DNA of 64,000 nucleotides from Spirochaetales bacterium (GCA_037142615.1 JBAXAI010000010.1:32001-96000); one strand, 5' to 3'. Positions 48,894 through 58,140 are shown, counted from the stretch's first letter. Notes: generated from the sequence alone by a model not told the origin. Made by a program: numbers and translations.

Positions 48894-50390
48894 ATGGACC
48901 ACGTTTTGGCGATTGATCTAGGCGCTTCCGGAGGGCGCGTCATCCGCGGGACGTGGGACGCGTCGGCCGCAAAGCTGAAGCTCGAGGAAATCCACCGGTT
49001 CGCCAACGAGCCGGTGGAGGTTCTGGGCACCCTGCACTGGGACACCCTCCGGTTGTGGTTCGAGATTCAAAAAGGGGTCCGCGAAGCGGTGAGGACCCTC
49101 CCCAAGGGCGAACGTATCCGGTCGCTGGCCGTCGATACCTGGGGCGTCGATTTTGGTCTGCTCGATGCGCACGGCCGCTTGCTGGGAAACCCCGTACACT
49201 ACCGCGACAAGCGGACCGAAGGGCAGGTGGCCAAGCTGACGGCTCAATTTGGCGAGGGGGAGCTGTTCCGCCGGGCCGGCACGCAGGACGAGTGGTTCAA
49301 CACCATTGGTCAGCTTCGCGGCGCTTTGGAGCGCGACCCTCACTTCCTCGCAGGCGCCAAGGCTCTGCTGTTTTCGCCCGACCTGTTCAACTACTTCTTC
49401 TCGGGGCTTAAGGCCGCCGAAAGAACTATCGCGAGCACCTCGCAGCTGCTGCAAGCCGGCAAAACCAGTTGGGACAACGAGATCCTGGCCAAGCTGGGGG
49501 TTCCGGCGGGTCTGATGCAAGCGGTGCGCGAACCGGGAACGTTGCTGGGTCCGGTGTTGCCTGCCGTCGCCGCCGAACTCGGTCTGACCCCTGATACGCA
49601 GGTGGCCCTGGTTCCCAGCCACGATACCGAAAGCGCCGCCTTGGCGGTGCCCACGACTTCGGGCAAGCCCTTTGCCTTTATCAGCTGCGGCACGTGGGCC
49701 GTGCTCGGCGCCGAACTGTCTGCGCCCGTGACTTCCGAAGCCGCAAGGCTTGCCAAGTTTTCGAACGAGGCCGGGGCCTTCGGGACCAACCTGCTGCTGA
49801 GCAACATCATGGGCATGTGGCTGGTGCAGGAATGTAAACGCTGGTGGGAGCGCGACGGAAAGAAGTTTGGCCATGCCGAGCTCGTCGATTGGGCCGCCCA
49901 AGCTCCTTGGGGAGGAAGCCTGATCGATGTGAATGACCCCCTGTTTTCGACCCCCGGCGACATGCCAGGACGCCTCGTGGACTACTGCATGAAGAAGGGC
50001 CTACCGGTACCCGAGGGTCGCGGCGCGGTGGTCCGCTGTGTGCTCGAAAGTCTGGCTTGCGAGTTCCGCCGCAGTCTGGAGACCATGGAAAAGGTGACCG
50101 GTCAGGCGTTTGCCGAACTGTGGCTCGTCGGTGGCGGCTCGCAAAACCAACTGCTGTGCCAACTCACGGCCGACCTCACAGGCCGAACCGTGCTCACGGG
50201 GCCCATCGAGACCACCGCGCTGGGCAACATTGCGGCGCAGTTTGTGGCCTTGGGAACCTTCGGGTCGGCGAGGGAGGCCCGTCAGGCGGTTTCCAGCTCG
50301 TTTGGTGTGTCGCACTACGAACCGGGCAACCGCCTGTTGGCCGCCGACACGTACCGGCGGTGGTTGGCCGTTACTTCTTCGAATGGTTGA
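48894..50390 (+). CDS. RhaB-family FGGY kinase, probable L-fuculokinase
   Basis: AIDLGASGGR, DTWGVDF, HYRD, HDTESA, FSNEAG; follows fucI. Confidence 0.85.
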   Translation: MDHVLAIDLGASGGRVIRGTWDASAAKLKLEEIHRFANEPVEVLGTLHWDTLRLWFEIQKGVREAVRTLPKGERIRSLAVDTWGVDFGLLDAHGRLLGNPVHYRDKRTEGQVAKLTAQFGEGELFRRAGTQDEWFNTIGQLRGALERDPHFLAGAKALLFSPDLFNYFFSGLKAAERTIASTSQLLQAGKTSWDNEILAKLGVPAGLMQAVREPGTLLGPVLPAVAAELGLTPDTQVALVPSHDTESAALAVPTTSGKPFAFISCGTWAVLGAELSAPVTSEAARLAKFSNEAGAFGTNLLLSNIMGMWLVQECKRWWERDGKKFGHAELVDWAAQAPWGGSLIDVNDPLFSTPGDMPGRLVDYCMKKGLPVPEGRGAVVRCVLESLACEFRRSLETMEKVTGQAFAELWLVGGGSQNQLLCQLTADLTGRTVLTGPIETTALGNIAAQFVALGTFGSAREARQAVSSSFGVSHYEPGNRLLAADTYRRWLAVTSSNG

Positions 50391-50895
50391 CCGGAGGGAC
50401 TCCGATCTTCTCGGACAAGGCAAAAAGGACGGCAGTGACGACGAAGGTCATGTGAATGCCGACCATCCAGGCCAGGTGTTCCGTTGACCAGTCCTTCAGA
50501 TTCAGGAAAGCCCCCAAGAGGTTGATCCCTGACAACGCTACGATGGAGCCGATGAGCTTGAGCTTCAGGCCGGCGAAGTCCACCTCGCCCATCCAGGAAG
50601 GTCGATCCGGAGACTCGTCAGCAGCACCGATCTTCGAAACGAAGTTCTCGTAGCCACTGAAGATGACCAGGATCATGAGGTTGCCCAATAGTGTCATGTC
50701 GATGAGGCTGAGGATCCCCAGAAGCAAGTACGTCTGGTCCTTTTCGAGCACATTGAGGGCAAAGCGAAAGAACTCCTCGCCGAACTTGAACATCAGCAAC
50801 AGAAGGGCGAGGACGAGCCCCAGGTAGAAGGGAGCCAGCAGCCACCGACTGGCAAAGATCAATTTTTCCGTCGATTCCTCAATGAACTTGCGCAT
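50371..50895 (-). CDS. yqhA: UPF0114/TIGR00645 membrane protein
   Basis: IFASRWLLAPFYLGL, FSGYENFVSKI, LKLKL..SIVALS. Confidence 0.88.
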   Translation of the reverse strand: MRKFIEESTEKLIFASRWLLAPFYLGLVLALLLLMFKFGEEFFRFALNVLEKDQTYLLLGILSLIDMTLLGNLMILVIFSGYENFVSKIGAADESPDRPSWMGEVDFAGLKLKLIGSIVALSGINLLGAFLNLKDWSTEHLAWMVGIHMTFVVTAVLFALSEKIGVPPVNHSKK

Positions 50896-50972
50896 GGAAA
50901 CTCCTTAATTCGCACGATCAGACAGGAATTAAGGCTAGTGTGAGGATTGATAGATTGCAATGACCACTAAGT

Positions 50973-51788
50973 TTACACCCAGCGCTCCCGCAGCAATTCC
51001 ATCATGTGCACGTTGAGCTCCCACTGTTCGGCAACGGGTTGGGCCGTGTACGGGAGCGCCGGCATGTACGGCGCCGGGCCAAACTCGGGCGTCACGGTGA
51101 AGGTGGCAGCCCCGGCCTGCTGGTGACGTGTGAACACTTTGTCCCACCAAGTGAGGTGTGCCTCGACGGCCGGCTGCCACTCGGGAGCCCTGGGATCGCT
51201 CACCTGGGGGCCTTGGGCGTGACCCACCCGGGCGTGCAGGTGGTCGGTGCGTTCTATGGCCAGCGCCAGCGACTCGGCCTGGTCTTCAAGCAGCGATTCG
51301 GACACGTTGCACCAATGCGAAAAGTCGGCCGTGAGGCGCAGTTGCGGGTCGTCTCGCAAAAAACCGGCGGTGACGGCGGCCGCGTACGCGAACTTGGCCC
51401 TGTGGGTCTCGTGCACGATTTTGACACCGGTTTGAGCCGAAACCTCGGCCGCCACGTCGAGGATGCGGCGGTTGAGCTCGGCCGGGAACCAGTCCCTCCC
51501 CGTCTGCGAATTGATGAACAACGGCTTGGCGGCCGCAACCCACTCGAGGTGCGCCCGGTACTCGCGCAGGTGAGCCAGGGGGTCGGCCGTGGTCGTCTCC
51601 CAATGTTGGCCGATCAACTGTAGCCCCTGCGCTGCCAGCGCCCCGAGAATCTCCTCGGTGCCCTTGCGGTCGTCGAGCGGTAGGCTGCACTCGACCCCGT
51701 GGAAGCCCGCTTGGCGAACCTTGCGCGCAAAGTCTGCCCACGAAAGGCTTTCCGAGCCCCAGCGTGGGCAGAAGAACTGAAGTTCCAT
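50973..51788 (-). CDS. Sugar phosphate isomerase/epimerase-like TIM barrel (AP_endonuc_2)
   Basis: HETHR, TADFSHW, HLHARVG, TPEFGP metal-ligand pattern; starts 4 nt after the methyltransferase stop. Confidence 0.8.
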   Translation of the reverse strand: MELQFFCPRWGSESLSWADFARKVRQAGFHGVECSLPLDDRKGTEEILGALAAQGLQLIGQHWETTTADPLAHLREYRAHLEWVAAAKPLFINSQTGRDWFPAELNRRILDVAAEVSAQTGVKIVHETHRAKFAYAAAVTAGFLRDDPQLRLTADFSHWCNVSESLLEDQAESLALAIERTDHLHARVGHAQGPQVSDPRAPEWQPAVEAHLTWWDKVFTRHQQAGAATFTVTPEFGPAPYMPALPYTAQPVAEQWELNVHMMELLRERWV

Positions 51789-51792
51789 GGTG

Positions 51793-52869
51793 CTACTTCG
51801 ACCCGCAGCCGCAGGTGGTGAAGGCCATCACCTTGGCCATGATGGTCTTTTCGTAGCCCGGCATCGAGAGCACGTCGCATTCGCTGCCAATGATGAACGG
51901 GTGGCCCGAGGCTTTGAGTTTGCTTTCAATCTCGCACACCAGGTCGGGAATGCCGCTCAAGGGGACCTCTTCGTCGGAATAGAACTTCTTGGTAGGGAGG
52001 TTGCCGTACAGCACCGTCGTCTTGGGCACCAAGGGCTCGGCCTCCCACAGCTTGACCGGGCTGCCGAAGCTGATGATCACCGGGTCGAGCACCGCAAACG
52101 AGGCGATCATCTCGGGCGTGAGCGAGCCGCAGTCGTGGAAAATCAGGTCGGTGCCGTGCTGGTTGAACAACGCTTTGAGCCTCAGGTTGGGCTCGATGAC
52201 GAAGGTTTGGTACACGGTGCCACCCTCGGCAATCTGCTTGGGTGAAAAATACACGAGGTTGGCCGCGGGTTCGCACAAAAAGATGGCTTTGGCACCGGCC
52301 TTGATCTGCGCCAGCACGCAGGCGTGCACGGTCTTTTCGCACAGGTCCATCAGCGACGCCAGCAGCCCGACTTCGTCGTCGTCCTCGGGCGCGACACCAC
52401 TGCCCGCCATGTAGATGGGCGTGATGGGGTCTTTCATCAGCTTGGTCATCAGCGAGAACGGGCCGATGCTCATGCCGATGGGCACTTCCTTGCCCCCAGC
52501 CGCGAACGCCTTGGCAATCGCCGCCAGCGAGTCGCAGTTGGCCTTGATGCGCGGCGAGCCAAGCACATCCATGGCAGCCACCTTGGCCACCAACGCGGGG
52601 TCGGGCTTGTCGTGAAAATGGTAGGTGGGAATGGCGGCCGCCGCAACGCCCATGGTGCGCAGCATCACGTCTTTTTCGAGCGTGAGGTCCATGATGGGCA
52701 GCGCCAGCGGGCTATCGAAGCGGCGGGCGGTTTCGAGCATCACTTCGGCCAGGCGTTTGCCGTCGAGCAGAATGGCTTCGGGGTCCGATTTTTCGTGCAG
52801 GACGAGATGCGTCGCCACGGGCAACCGTTTTCCGGAAGCTGCGAGCGAGAGATAAAACGATCGGTCCAT
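51793..52869 (-). CDS. Uroporphyrinogen decarboxylase-fold corrinoid methyltransferase (MtaA/CmuA-like)
   Basis: GPFS, EPAA, Zn ligands FHDCG and SECD, LYGNL; follows the corrinoid protein. Confidence 0.8.
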   Translation of the reverse strand: MDRSFYLSLAASGKRLPVATHLVLHEKSDPEAILLDGKRLAEVMLETARRFDSPLALPIMDLTLEKDVMLRTMGVAAAAIPTYHFHDKPDPALVAKVAAMDVLGSPRIKANCDSLAAIAKAFAAGGKEVPIGMSIGPFSLMTKLMKDPITPIYMAGSGVAPEDDDEVGLLASLMDLCEKTVHACVLAQIKAGAKAIFLCEPAANLVYFSPKQIAEGGTVYQTFVIEPNLRLKALFNQHGTDLIFHDCGSLTPEMIASFAVLDPVIISFGSPVKLWEAEPLVPKTTVLYGNLPTKKFYSDEEVPLSGIPDLVCEIESKLKASGHPFIIGSECDVLSMPGYEKTIMAKVMAFTTCGCGSK

Positions 52870-52883
52870 GGGACGCTCCTTGG

Positions 52884-53516
52884 TCAGCTGACGAGTTCGA
52901 TGGCCTTGTCGCCAGCCGAAGCGGCGTCGGCCGTGTACGCGTCGGCTCCGATGCTGGCGCAGAAGCTGTCGGTGATGGGGGCACCACCGATCATCACCTT
53001 GACCTGCTTGCGCACGCCGGCGGCTTCGAGGGCTTCAATGACGGTCTTCATTTCGTTCATGGTGGTCGTCAACAGCGCCGAGAGCGCCACGATCTGGGGC
53101 TTGTGCTCGTGCACGGCAGCCACAAACTTTTCCGCCGAGACGTCGACGCCGAGGTCGATCACTTCGAGGCCTTTGCCTTCCATCATCATGCGCACCAGGT
53201 TCTTGCCGATGTCGTGCAGGTCGCCTTTGACGGTACCGAGAATCACCTTGCCGGTGGCTTTGACTCCGGCTGTCACCAAATAGGGCTTGAGCAGTGCGGT
53301 GCCCTGATTCATGGCGCGGGCGGCGATGAGCACTTCGGGCACGTAGACCTCGTTGCGCTTGAACTTGCCGCCGATGATGTTCATGCCGGCCATCAGGCCG
53401 TCTTCGAGAATGCTCTTGGCCGCAATGCCCTGGTCGATGGCCTGCTGCACCAGCTCTTTCACTTCTTTGGCTTTACCCTTCTGCAAGAAGGTGGAAATGT
53501 CGTCGAGAATTGCCAT
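52884..53516 (-). CDS. Corrinoid (B12-binding) protein, MtaC/MttC-like
   Basis: GDLHDIGKNLV (DxHxxG), SALLTTT, IGGAP; N-terminal four-helix cap. Confidence 0.95.
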   Translation of the reverse strand: MAILDDISTFLQKGKAKEVKELVQQAIDQGIAAKSILEDGLMAGMNIIGGKFKRNEVYVPEVLIAARAMNQGTALLKPYLVTAGVKATGKVILGTVKGDLHDIGKNLVRMMMEGKGLEVIDLGVDVSAEKFVAAVHEHKPQIVALSALLTTTMNEMKTVIEALEAAGVRKQVKVMIGGAPITDSFCASIGADAYTADAASAGDKAIELVS

Positions 53517-53551
53517 GCTATTCCTCCGTTTATCGTCCGTTTCTTCTGTTC

Positions 53552-53604
53552 AGCTTAAAGCAAGCGGTGACTGCCGTATTGCACTCCCTTACGCTTTTTG
53601 GGAC
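53552..53604 (-). promoter_or_regulatory. Putative PocR-AraC operator/promoter of the corrinoid protein operon
   Basis: GTCCCAA-N13-GTGCAA-N21-TAAGCT. Confidence 0.75.
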
Positions 53605-54863
53605 AAATTGCGGTTCGTGAGCCAGGCTGCCAGGCCCGCCGTAGGCAAGACCACAGCCCGGCTGCGGAGTTTCTGGTACGCCGCCAAGCCGGGGCCGCCG
53701 GTAAAGTCGCGCAGGGCCATGGGTTGGTCTTCCAAAAGGACCAGTTCGCGGGCTTCGGCGGCCGCCTCGAGGTTGCGCAGGTTTTGGGCACCGACCACCA
53801 GGTTGCCGACGATCACCAGGTCGGCCTCGCGCACCAAACGGCAGTTGTCGGCGTGGGCCGTGTCGGAAAGGGGTGAGAACGGCGGCGAGACCACGCTGAC
53901 CAAGTCGTAGACGCCGGCCACGTACAGGTCGCTGTCGCCGGGGCTGAGCACACCGGTCGACACCTGAAAGTCACCTTCGGCCAGCTCGCGAAGCACCGCC
54001 GAGGCCGCCCCGCCGCCGCCGATCACGTGGATGCGGGGTGCCGTGAGGCCGGGGTCGGTTCCCCTCAAGTGAAAATCGAACTGACCGGTGGCAGGATTGA
54101 CGTACACCCGCACCTGAACTCCGTAAGCCGCCTCGAGGTTACCCGGCGTGAAAACCTCACTGGGGGTCCCTTGAGCCAGGACTCGGCCTTCGGCCAACAG
54201 CACAACCCGGGTGCAATACCGTGCGGCCAACCGCAAATCGTGCACGGCTGCCACGATGGTTTTTCCTTCGGCGGCCAGAGTTTGCGCGTAGCGGAAGGTC
54301 TGCTGCTGGTGGCTCAGGTCGAGGCTCGCGCTGGGCTCATCGAGCAGCAGCACCGGCGTTTGCTGCGCCAGCACCTTGGCAAACAGCACGCGCTGGCGCT
54401 CGCCGCCCGACATCTGGTCGAGGGGCTGCAACGCCAGCGCCTCGGTCGCGGTGAACGCCATGGCCTGGGCCACCGCGCGGCGGTCGGCGGCCGACTCCGG
54501 GCGAAAACGGCCCTGGTGGGGGTAGCGGCCCATCATCACCACGTCGGCGGCCGGGAACGACGAGGTCAGCGCCGTGTCCTGGTGCATCAGCGCCACCCGT
54601 AGCGCGATCTCGCGCGGCGGCAGGCCTCGCTGGGCCTGTGAAGTCAAAGGTTGGCCGAACACCTCTACCTGTCCTTCGAAGGGGATCAAGCCCGCCAAAC
54701 ATCGCAACAGCGTCGACTTGCCCGCACCGTTGGGTCCCAGGATGCCCAGAATCTCGCCGGGGAACACCTGCAGGTCGAGCCCCCGCAACACGGGTTTGTC
54801 GCCTAGGGAGCAATGCAGCCCTTGCACCGAAAGCGCGGGGCTCGAGACGCCTCCGGCGCTCAC
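53589..54863 (-). CDS. btuD: Cobalamin ABC ATPase with C-terminal extension
   Basis: GPNGAGKST, MSGGERQRV, LLDEP, HDL; extra domain IHVIGGGG...GDSD; GTGA overlap. Confidence 0.85.
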   Translation of the reverse strand: MSAGGVSSPALSVQGLHCSLGDKPVLRGLDLQVFPGEILGILGPNGAGKSTLLRCLAGLIPFEGQVEVFGQPLTSQAQRGLPPREIALRVALMHQDTALTSSFPAADVVMMGRYPHQGRFRPESAADRRAVAQAMAFTATEALALQPLDQMSGGERQRVLFAKVLAQQTPVLLLDEPSASLDLSHQQQTFRYAQTLAAEGKTIVAAVHDLRLAARYCTRVVLLAEGRVLAQGTPSEVFTPGNLEAAYGVQVRVYVNPATGQFDFHLRGTDPGLTAPRIHVIGGGGAASAVLRELAEGDFQVSTGVLSPGDSDLYVAGVYDLVSVVSPPFSPLSDTAHADNCRLVREADLVIVGNLVVGAQNLRNLEAAAEARELVLLEDQPMALRDFTGGPGLAAYQKLRSRAVVLPTAGLAAWLTNRNLSQKA

Positions 54864-55900
54864 AGAGTCCCTCCGCGCCGCACACTGCGCAACAGCAAGA
54901 ACAGGAAGTACGGCGCTCCCACCAGCGCGGTCACAATGCCCACGTTGATCTCTTGCGCGCCCAGAGCCATGCGGGCCACGAGGTCGCAGATCACCAGAAA
55001 CGCCGCGCCGCCGAGCGCTGCCGCCGGGACGAGCAGACGATGATCGGGACCCAACAACAAGCGCAGAATGTGCGGCACGATGAGGCCGACAAAGCTGATC
55101 GGCCCGCTGATGCAAACCGCCGAGGCCGTCACCGCCGACACCAGAACCAGCAGAATCAGGCGGGTACGGAACACATCGACGCCAACGGCCTGCGCTTCCT
55201 CTTCGCCCAGCAGCAGAACGTTCAGGTCGCGGGTGAACCACAGCAGCGCAAATACCCCGGTGCCGATGGGCAGAATCACGAGCCCCAGCGATTCCCAGCG
55301 CACGTTGTACAGGTTGCCCATCGACCAAAAGAGGAACTGCGCGATGCTGTCATGGCTGGCAAACGTGAGCACCAGCGACGTGCCGGCCCCGAAAAATGTG
55401 CTCACCGCGATACCGGCCAAAATGAGGGTGAACAGGCCCATTTTGCCGGCCCGAATGGCCAACACAAAAATGATTCCGGCGGCGGTGAGCGAACCCAGCG
55501 ACGCAAACACCGGCAACGCCCACGCGCTGGTGGCGGCAACCCCGAGAGCAATGCTGAGCACAGCGCCAAAACCCGCGCCGCTGGACACACCGATGAGTCC
55601 CGGGTCGGCCAGAGGATTGCGCAACAGGCCCTGCATCACCGTCCCCGCGACCGCCAACGCAGCACCGATCACCACGGCCCCGAGCACGCGAGGCAGGCGC
55701 ACCAGAAAAATGATGGCGTCCCACTTCTGGTCGGGAGGCGGCAACCATCCGGCGGGAAAGCCCAGCCGCGCCAAGATCACCCCGGCCGTGTCGCCCAGCG
55801 GCACCGACACCGACCCGATGGCCGTCGCCACAAGCACCAGCCCCAACAACGCCAACGTCAGAGGAAGCAGAATCCACCACGCCAGGCGGGGGGTATTCAT
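54860..55900 (-). CDS. btuC: Cobalamin ABC permease (FecCD family)
   Basis: RLPR, QGLLRNPLADP, GEEEAQAVGV, FVGLIVPH. Confidence 0.88.
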   Translation of the reverse strand: MNTPRLAWWILLPLTLALLGLVLVATAIGSVSVPLGDTAGVILARLGFPAGWLPPPDQKWDAIIFLVRLPRVLGAVVIGAALAVAGTVMQGLLRNPLADPGLIGVSSGAGFGAVLSIALGVAATSAWALPVFASLGSLTAAGIIFVLAIRAGKMGLFTLILAGIAVSTFFGAGTSLVLTFASHDSIAQFLFWSMGNLYNVRWESLGLVILPIGTGVFALLWFTRDLNVLLLGEEEAQAVGVDVFRTRLILLVLVSAVTASAVCISGPISFVGLIVPHILRLLLGPDHRLLVPAAALGGAAFLVICDLVARMALGAQEINVGIVTALVGAPYFLFLLLRSVRRGGTL

Positions 55901-55913
55901 CGCGGTAGCGGGC

Positions 55914-56861
55914 CTAGCGGAACAGCGCCGGGTAGCCGGCTTTGGCCAGGTCTTCCACCGCGTCGGCCATGTACTGACTGGTCGACTGCAGGTGCTTGTC
56001 TTGCATCACCAGCACCCGTTTGTTCTTGACGGCCTTGAGCCCAGCAAACACGGGGTCGGCCACAAAGTCGGCCAGAAACTTGGCCGCATCGCTGCTGCCG
56101 TCGTAGCTCCAGCTGGGCAACAGGATCACGTCGGGGTCGAGGGCCAACACCTGCTCTTTGCTCACCTGAGGCCAGCCGGACAGGCCAGCCTTGGTGGCGA
56201 CGTTCACCAGCCCGGCTTTTTCGATCAAAGCCTCAAAGCTGGTCCCTTTGGCGTAGGTGCTGCCCCAGAAGCTGTAACTGAGCACGGTGGGTTTGGCGGC
56301 GACGCCCTTGAGCTTGGTGGCCACTGCTGCCAGACGTTTTTCCACCGTGGCAAGCAAGGCCTTTCCCTTGGCGGTTTCACCGGTGACGGCCGCCATCTGG
56401 GTGACGAGCGTGGTCAGCTCGTCGAAATTGTCGGGCGTTTTGAACACGAACACCGGGATTTTGGCCTCGCGCAGGGCAGCGATGAACTCGGGTTCCTTCC
56501 AACTGGCCACGAACACGAGGTCGGGCTGCAACGCGATGATCTTTTCTTTTTCGCCGGCGATTTTGGTGGGAAAGGCCTTGGCCCAGGCAGCGATGTTGGA
56601 AATGCCCGCGTCGGTGGCGAAACTGTCGATGGCCTTGATGCGGCTCTGGTCGACCAGTTCGATGAGGATTTCGTCGGTGGGCAACGTGAGCGAAATGATG
56701 GCCTTGGGAGCGGCGGACAAGGTGATGGCCGTGCCTTGCGCATCCTTGAGCGTGAGCGGGAAAACCTTGTCGGTCGCCCCGGTGCCGGCGGCATTGAGGC
56801 CGACAAGGGTTGTGAGCAGCAGGGACGACAACGCGACCCGGCGCAACAGGTGAGAACTCAT
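55914..56861 (-). CDS. btuF: Cobalamin ABC substrate-binding protein
   Basis: Peripla_BP_2 (TDEIL, EKIIALQPDLV, KEQVLALDPDVI, LKAVKNKRV); downstream of a B12 riboswitch. Confidence 0.88.
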   Translation of the reverse strand: MSSHLLRRVALSSLLLTTLVGLNAAGTGATDKVFPLTLKDAQGTAITLSAAPKAIISLTLPTDEILIELVDQSRIKAIDSFATDAGISNIAAWAKAFPTKIAGEKEKIIALQPDLVFVASWKEPEFIAALREAKIPVFVFKTPDNFDELTTLVTQMAAVTGETAKGKALLATVEKRLAAVATKLKGVAAKPTVLSYSFWGSTYAKGTSFEALIEKAGLVNVATKAGLSGWPQVSKEQVLALDPDVILLPSWSYDGSSDAAKFLADFVADPVFAGLKAVKNKRVLVMQDKHLQSTSQYMADAVEDLAKAGYPALFR

Positions 56862-56870
56862 GGTGAAACT

Positions 56871-56970
56871 CCTATCTCTCGTAGGTTTTCAGTACGGCAC
56901 CGAGGTGAGCGACCTGGCTTTACAGTGGCGGGACCGCGCGGGATTTTCACCCGCTTCCCTCTGCCTCGGC
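56871..56970 (-). ncRNA. Cobalamin riboswitch (compact, class II-like)
   Basis: Minus strand: AGGGAA-GCGGG-TGAAAAT-CCCGC-GCGGTCCCGCCACTGT-AA-AGCCAG; P1 GCCGAGG/CCTCGGT; downstream hairpin CCTA-CGAGAGA-TAGG overlaps the SD. Confidence 0.88.
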
Positions 56971-56988
56971 TGTCTGTCAACACTGTCC

Positions 56989-57041
56989 ATTCAAGCGCAT
57001 TTCGGCGGTGCGTTCTAGCAAAAACCGGGGAATCTTGGGAT
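56989..57041 (-). promoter_or_regulatory. Putative PocR-AraC operator/promoter of btuFCD
   Basis: ATCCCAA-N13-TTGCTA-N21-TTGAAT, same spacing as the other two sites. Confidence 0.6.
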
Positions 57042-57123
57042 TATTGCATCAGGATACGGCACGTGAACGTCACACTTGCCATGGTATCTTGCTCTGGTGA
57101 GGGGGGGGGAGTATCATGACAAT

Positions 57124-57306
57124 ATGGCAACCATGACTGGCATCCAGGTACCTCCCCCTCCAATTCCTAGCAAGGAAGAGAAACATCAGATGACCCTAGA
57201 AGCCCTGAAGAGCATTGACGAGGGTCGAGTGTCCACCGACAAGGAAGCTTCGGCCTGGCTCAGAAGCCTAGGTACCGCCAATCCTCTTCCACGCCCTCAC
57301 AAATGA
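57124..57306 (+). CDS. ParD/CopG-type antitoxin (C-terminal part, no RHH recognisable)
   Basis: TLEALKSIDEGRV...AWLRSLGTANPLPRP; promoter TTGCTC-N17-TATCAT-N6-ATG. Confidence 0.7.
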   Translation: MATMTGIQVPPPPIPSKEEKHQMTLEALKSIDEGRVSTDKEASAWLRSLGTANPLPRPHK

Positions 57307-57512
57307 GCGTTATCTGGTCCAATGAGTCCCTCGAGGATATGGAGCGGATTTACGAGTTTCACGCCGAGTTCAGCGTTCACGTCGCCAGGCGTGTCGTAGC
57401 GATGATCCGAAGAGCAACCAAGTTGCCAACTGTGTTTCCGCAAGTCGGCCGCCCGTGTGATCGGTACATCCCCAGAGACGTCCGGGTCTGGCCTTCCAAA
57501 GAAGACCGCTGA
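57303..57512 (+). pseudogene. Truncated RelE/ParE toxin
   Basis: VIWSNESLEDMERIYEF...FPQVGRP; stops at 69 aa without the C-terminal YR/H strands. Confidence 0.65.
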
Positions 57513-57594
57513 GCTACGGCATCCAAACCTTCTTGGCCCAGCGGGTGCCCTTCGGCCCTCAGGCAACGAAAACTACACTGGCAGTACGGAATTG

Positions 57595-58140
57595 TCAAAT
57601 GCTTTGCGGGAAGTGAGTTAGCAGACAACTCGTGAACGTCACCGTGAGAGAGCCATGGTTGTAGGGGATGCCGTTGGCCTCGCACACTTGGCTGACGAAC
57701 AGCCCGTAAGCCTCCATCGACACGATGGCCTTATCGGGAAAACGGCATGGTTCCGCCGGGCACGGACATTCGGCGCAAAGCGTGCAGGCCCCGGCGCCCA
57801 TGGGCAAACAGTGGGGTACCGTTCCACGCACGTCGCCCACCAACTGGTGAAACCGTTGGTTGTGCAGGGCTTGCGCCGCCTCCATGGACTCGTAGTCGAA
57901 GTCGTCATCAAGCTTGCCGACCGTTTGCACCAGAATGCCCCGCTCGAAGGCAGCCACCTTCCGGGTAGACTCGTCGAGCGTGCCGCAATGGGGCGGGCAG
58001 GTCCAGTTTTTGCCATAGCTGCGGCAGGTGTTGGCGGCGCACATGGAGCGCACCTCGGGCAGAAACTTGAGCGTGGCGACGCTTAGTTCGCCGGCGTCTT
58101 CGAAGCCGTGGTCGCGGGCGAGTTGCAAAAGGGCGGTCAT
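57595..58140 (-). CDS. DUF2284 Cys-rich metal-binding protein
   Basis: C..N.C..YGKNWTCPP, GAGACTLCAEC, CRFP, SMEAYG. Confidence 0.85.
   Translation of the reverse strand: MTALLQLARDHGFEDAGELSVATLKFLPEVRSMCAANTCRSYGKNWTCPPHCGTLDESTRKVAAFERGILVQTVGKLDDDFDYESMEAAQALHNQRFHQLVGDVRGTVPHCLPMGAGACTLCAECPCPAEPCRFPDKAIVSMEAYGLFVSQVCEANGIPYNHGSLTVTFTSCLLTHFPQSI

Noticed and set aside
51793-52869. True uroporphyrinogen decarboxylase (hemE)
   Set aside because: Lacks the RQAGR motif, has HxC...C Zn ligands and sits beside a corrinoid protein.
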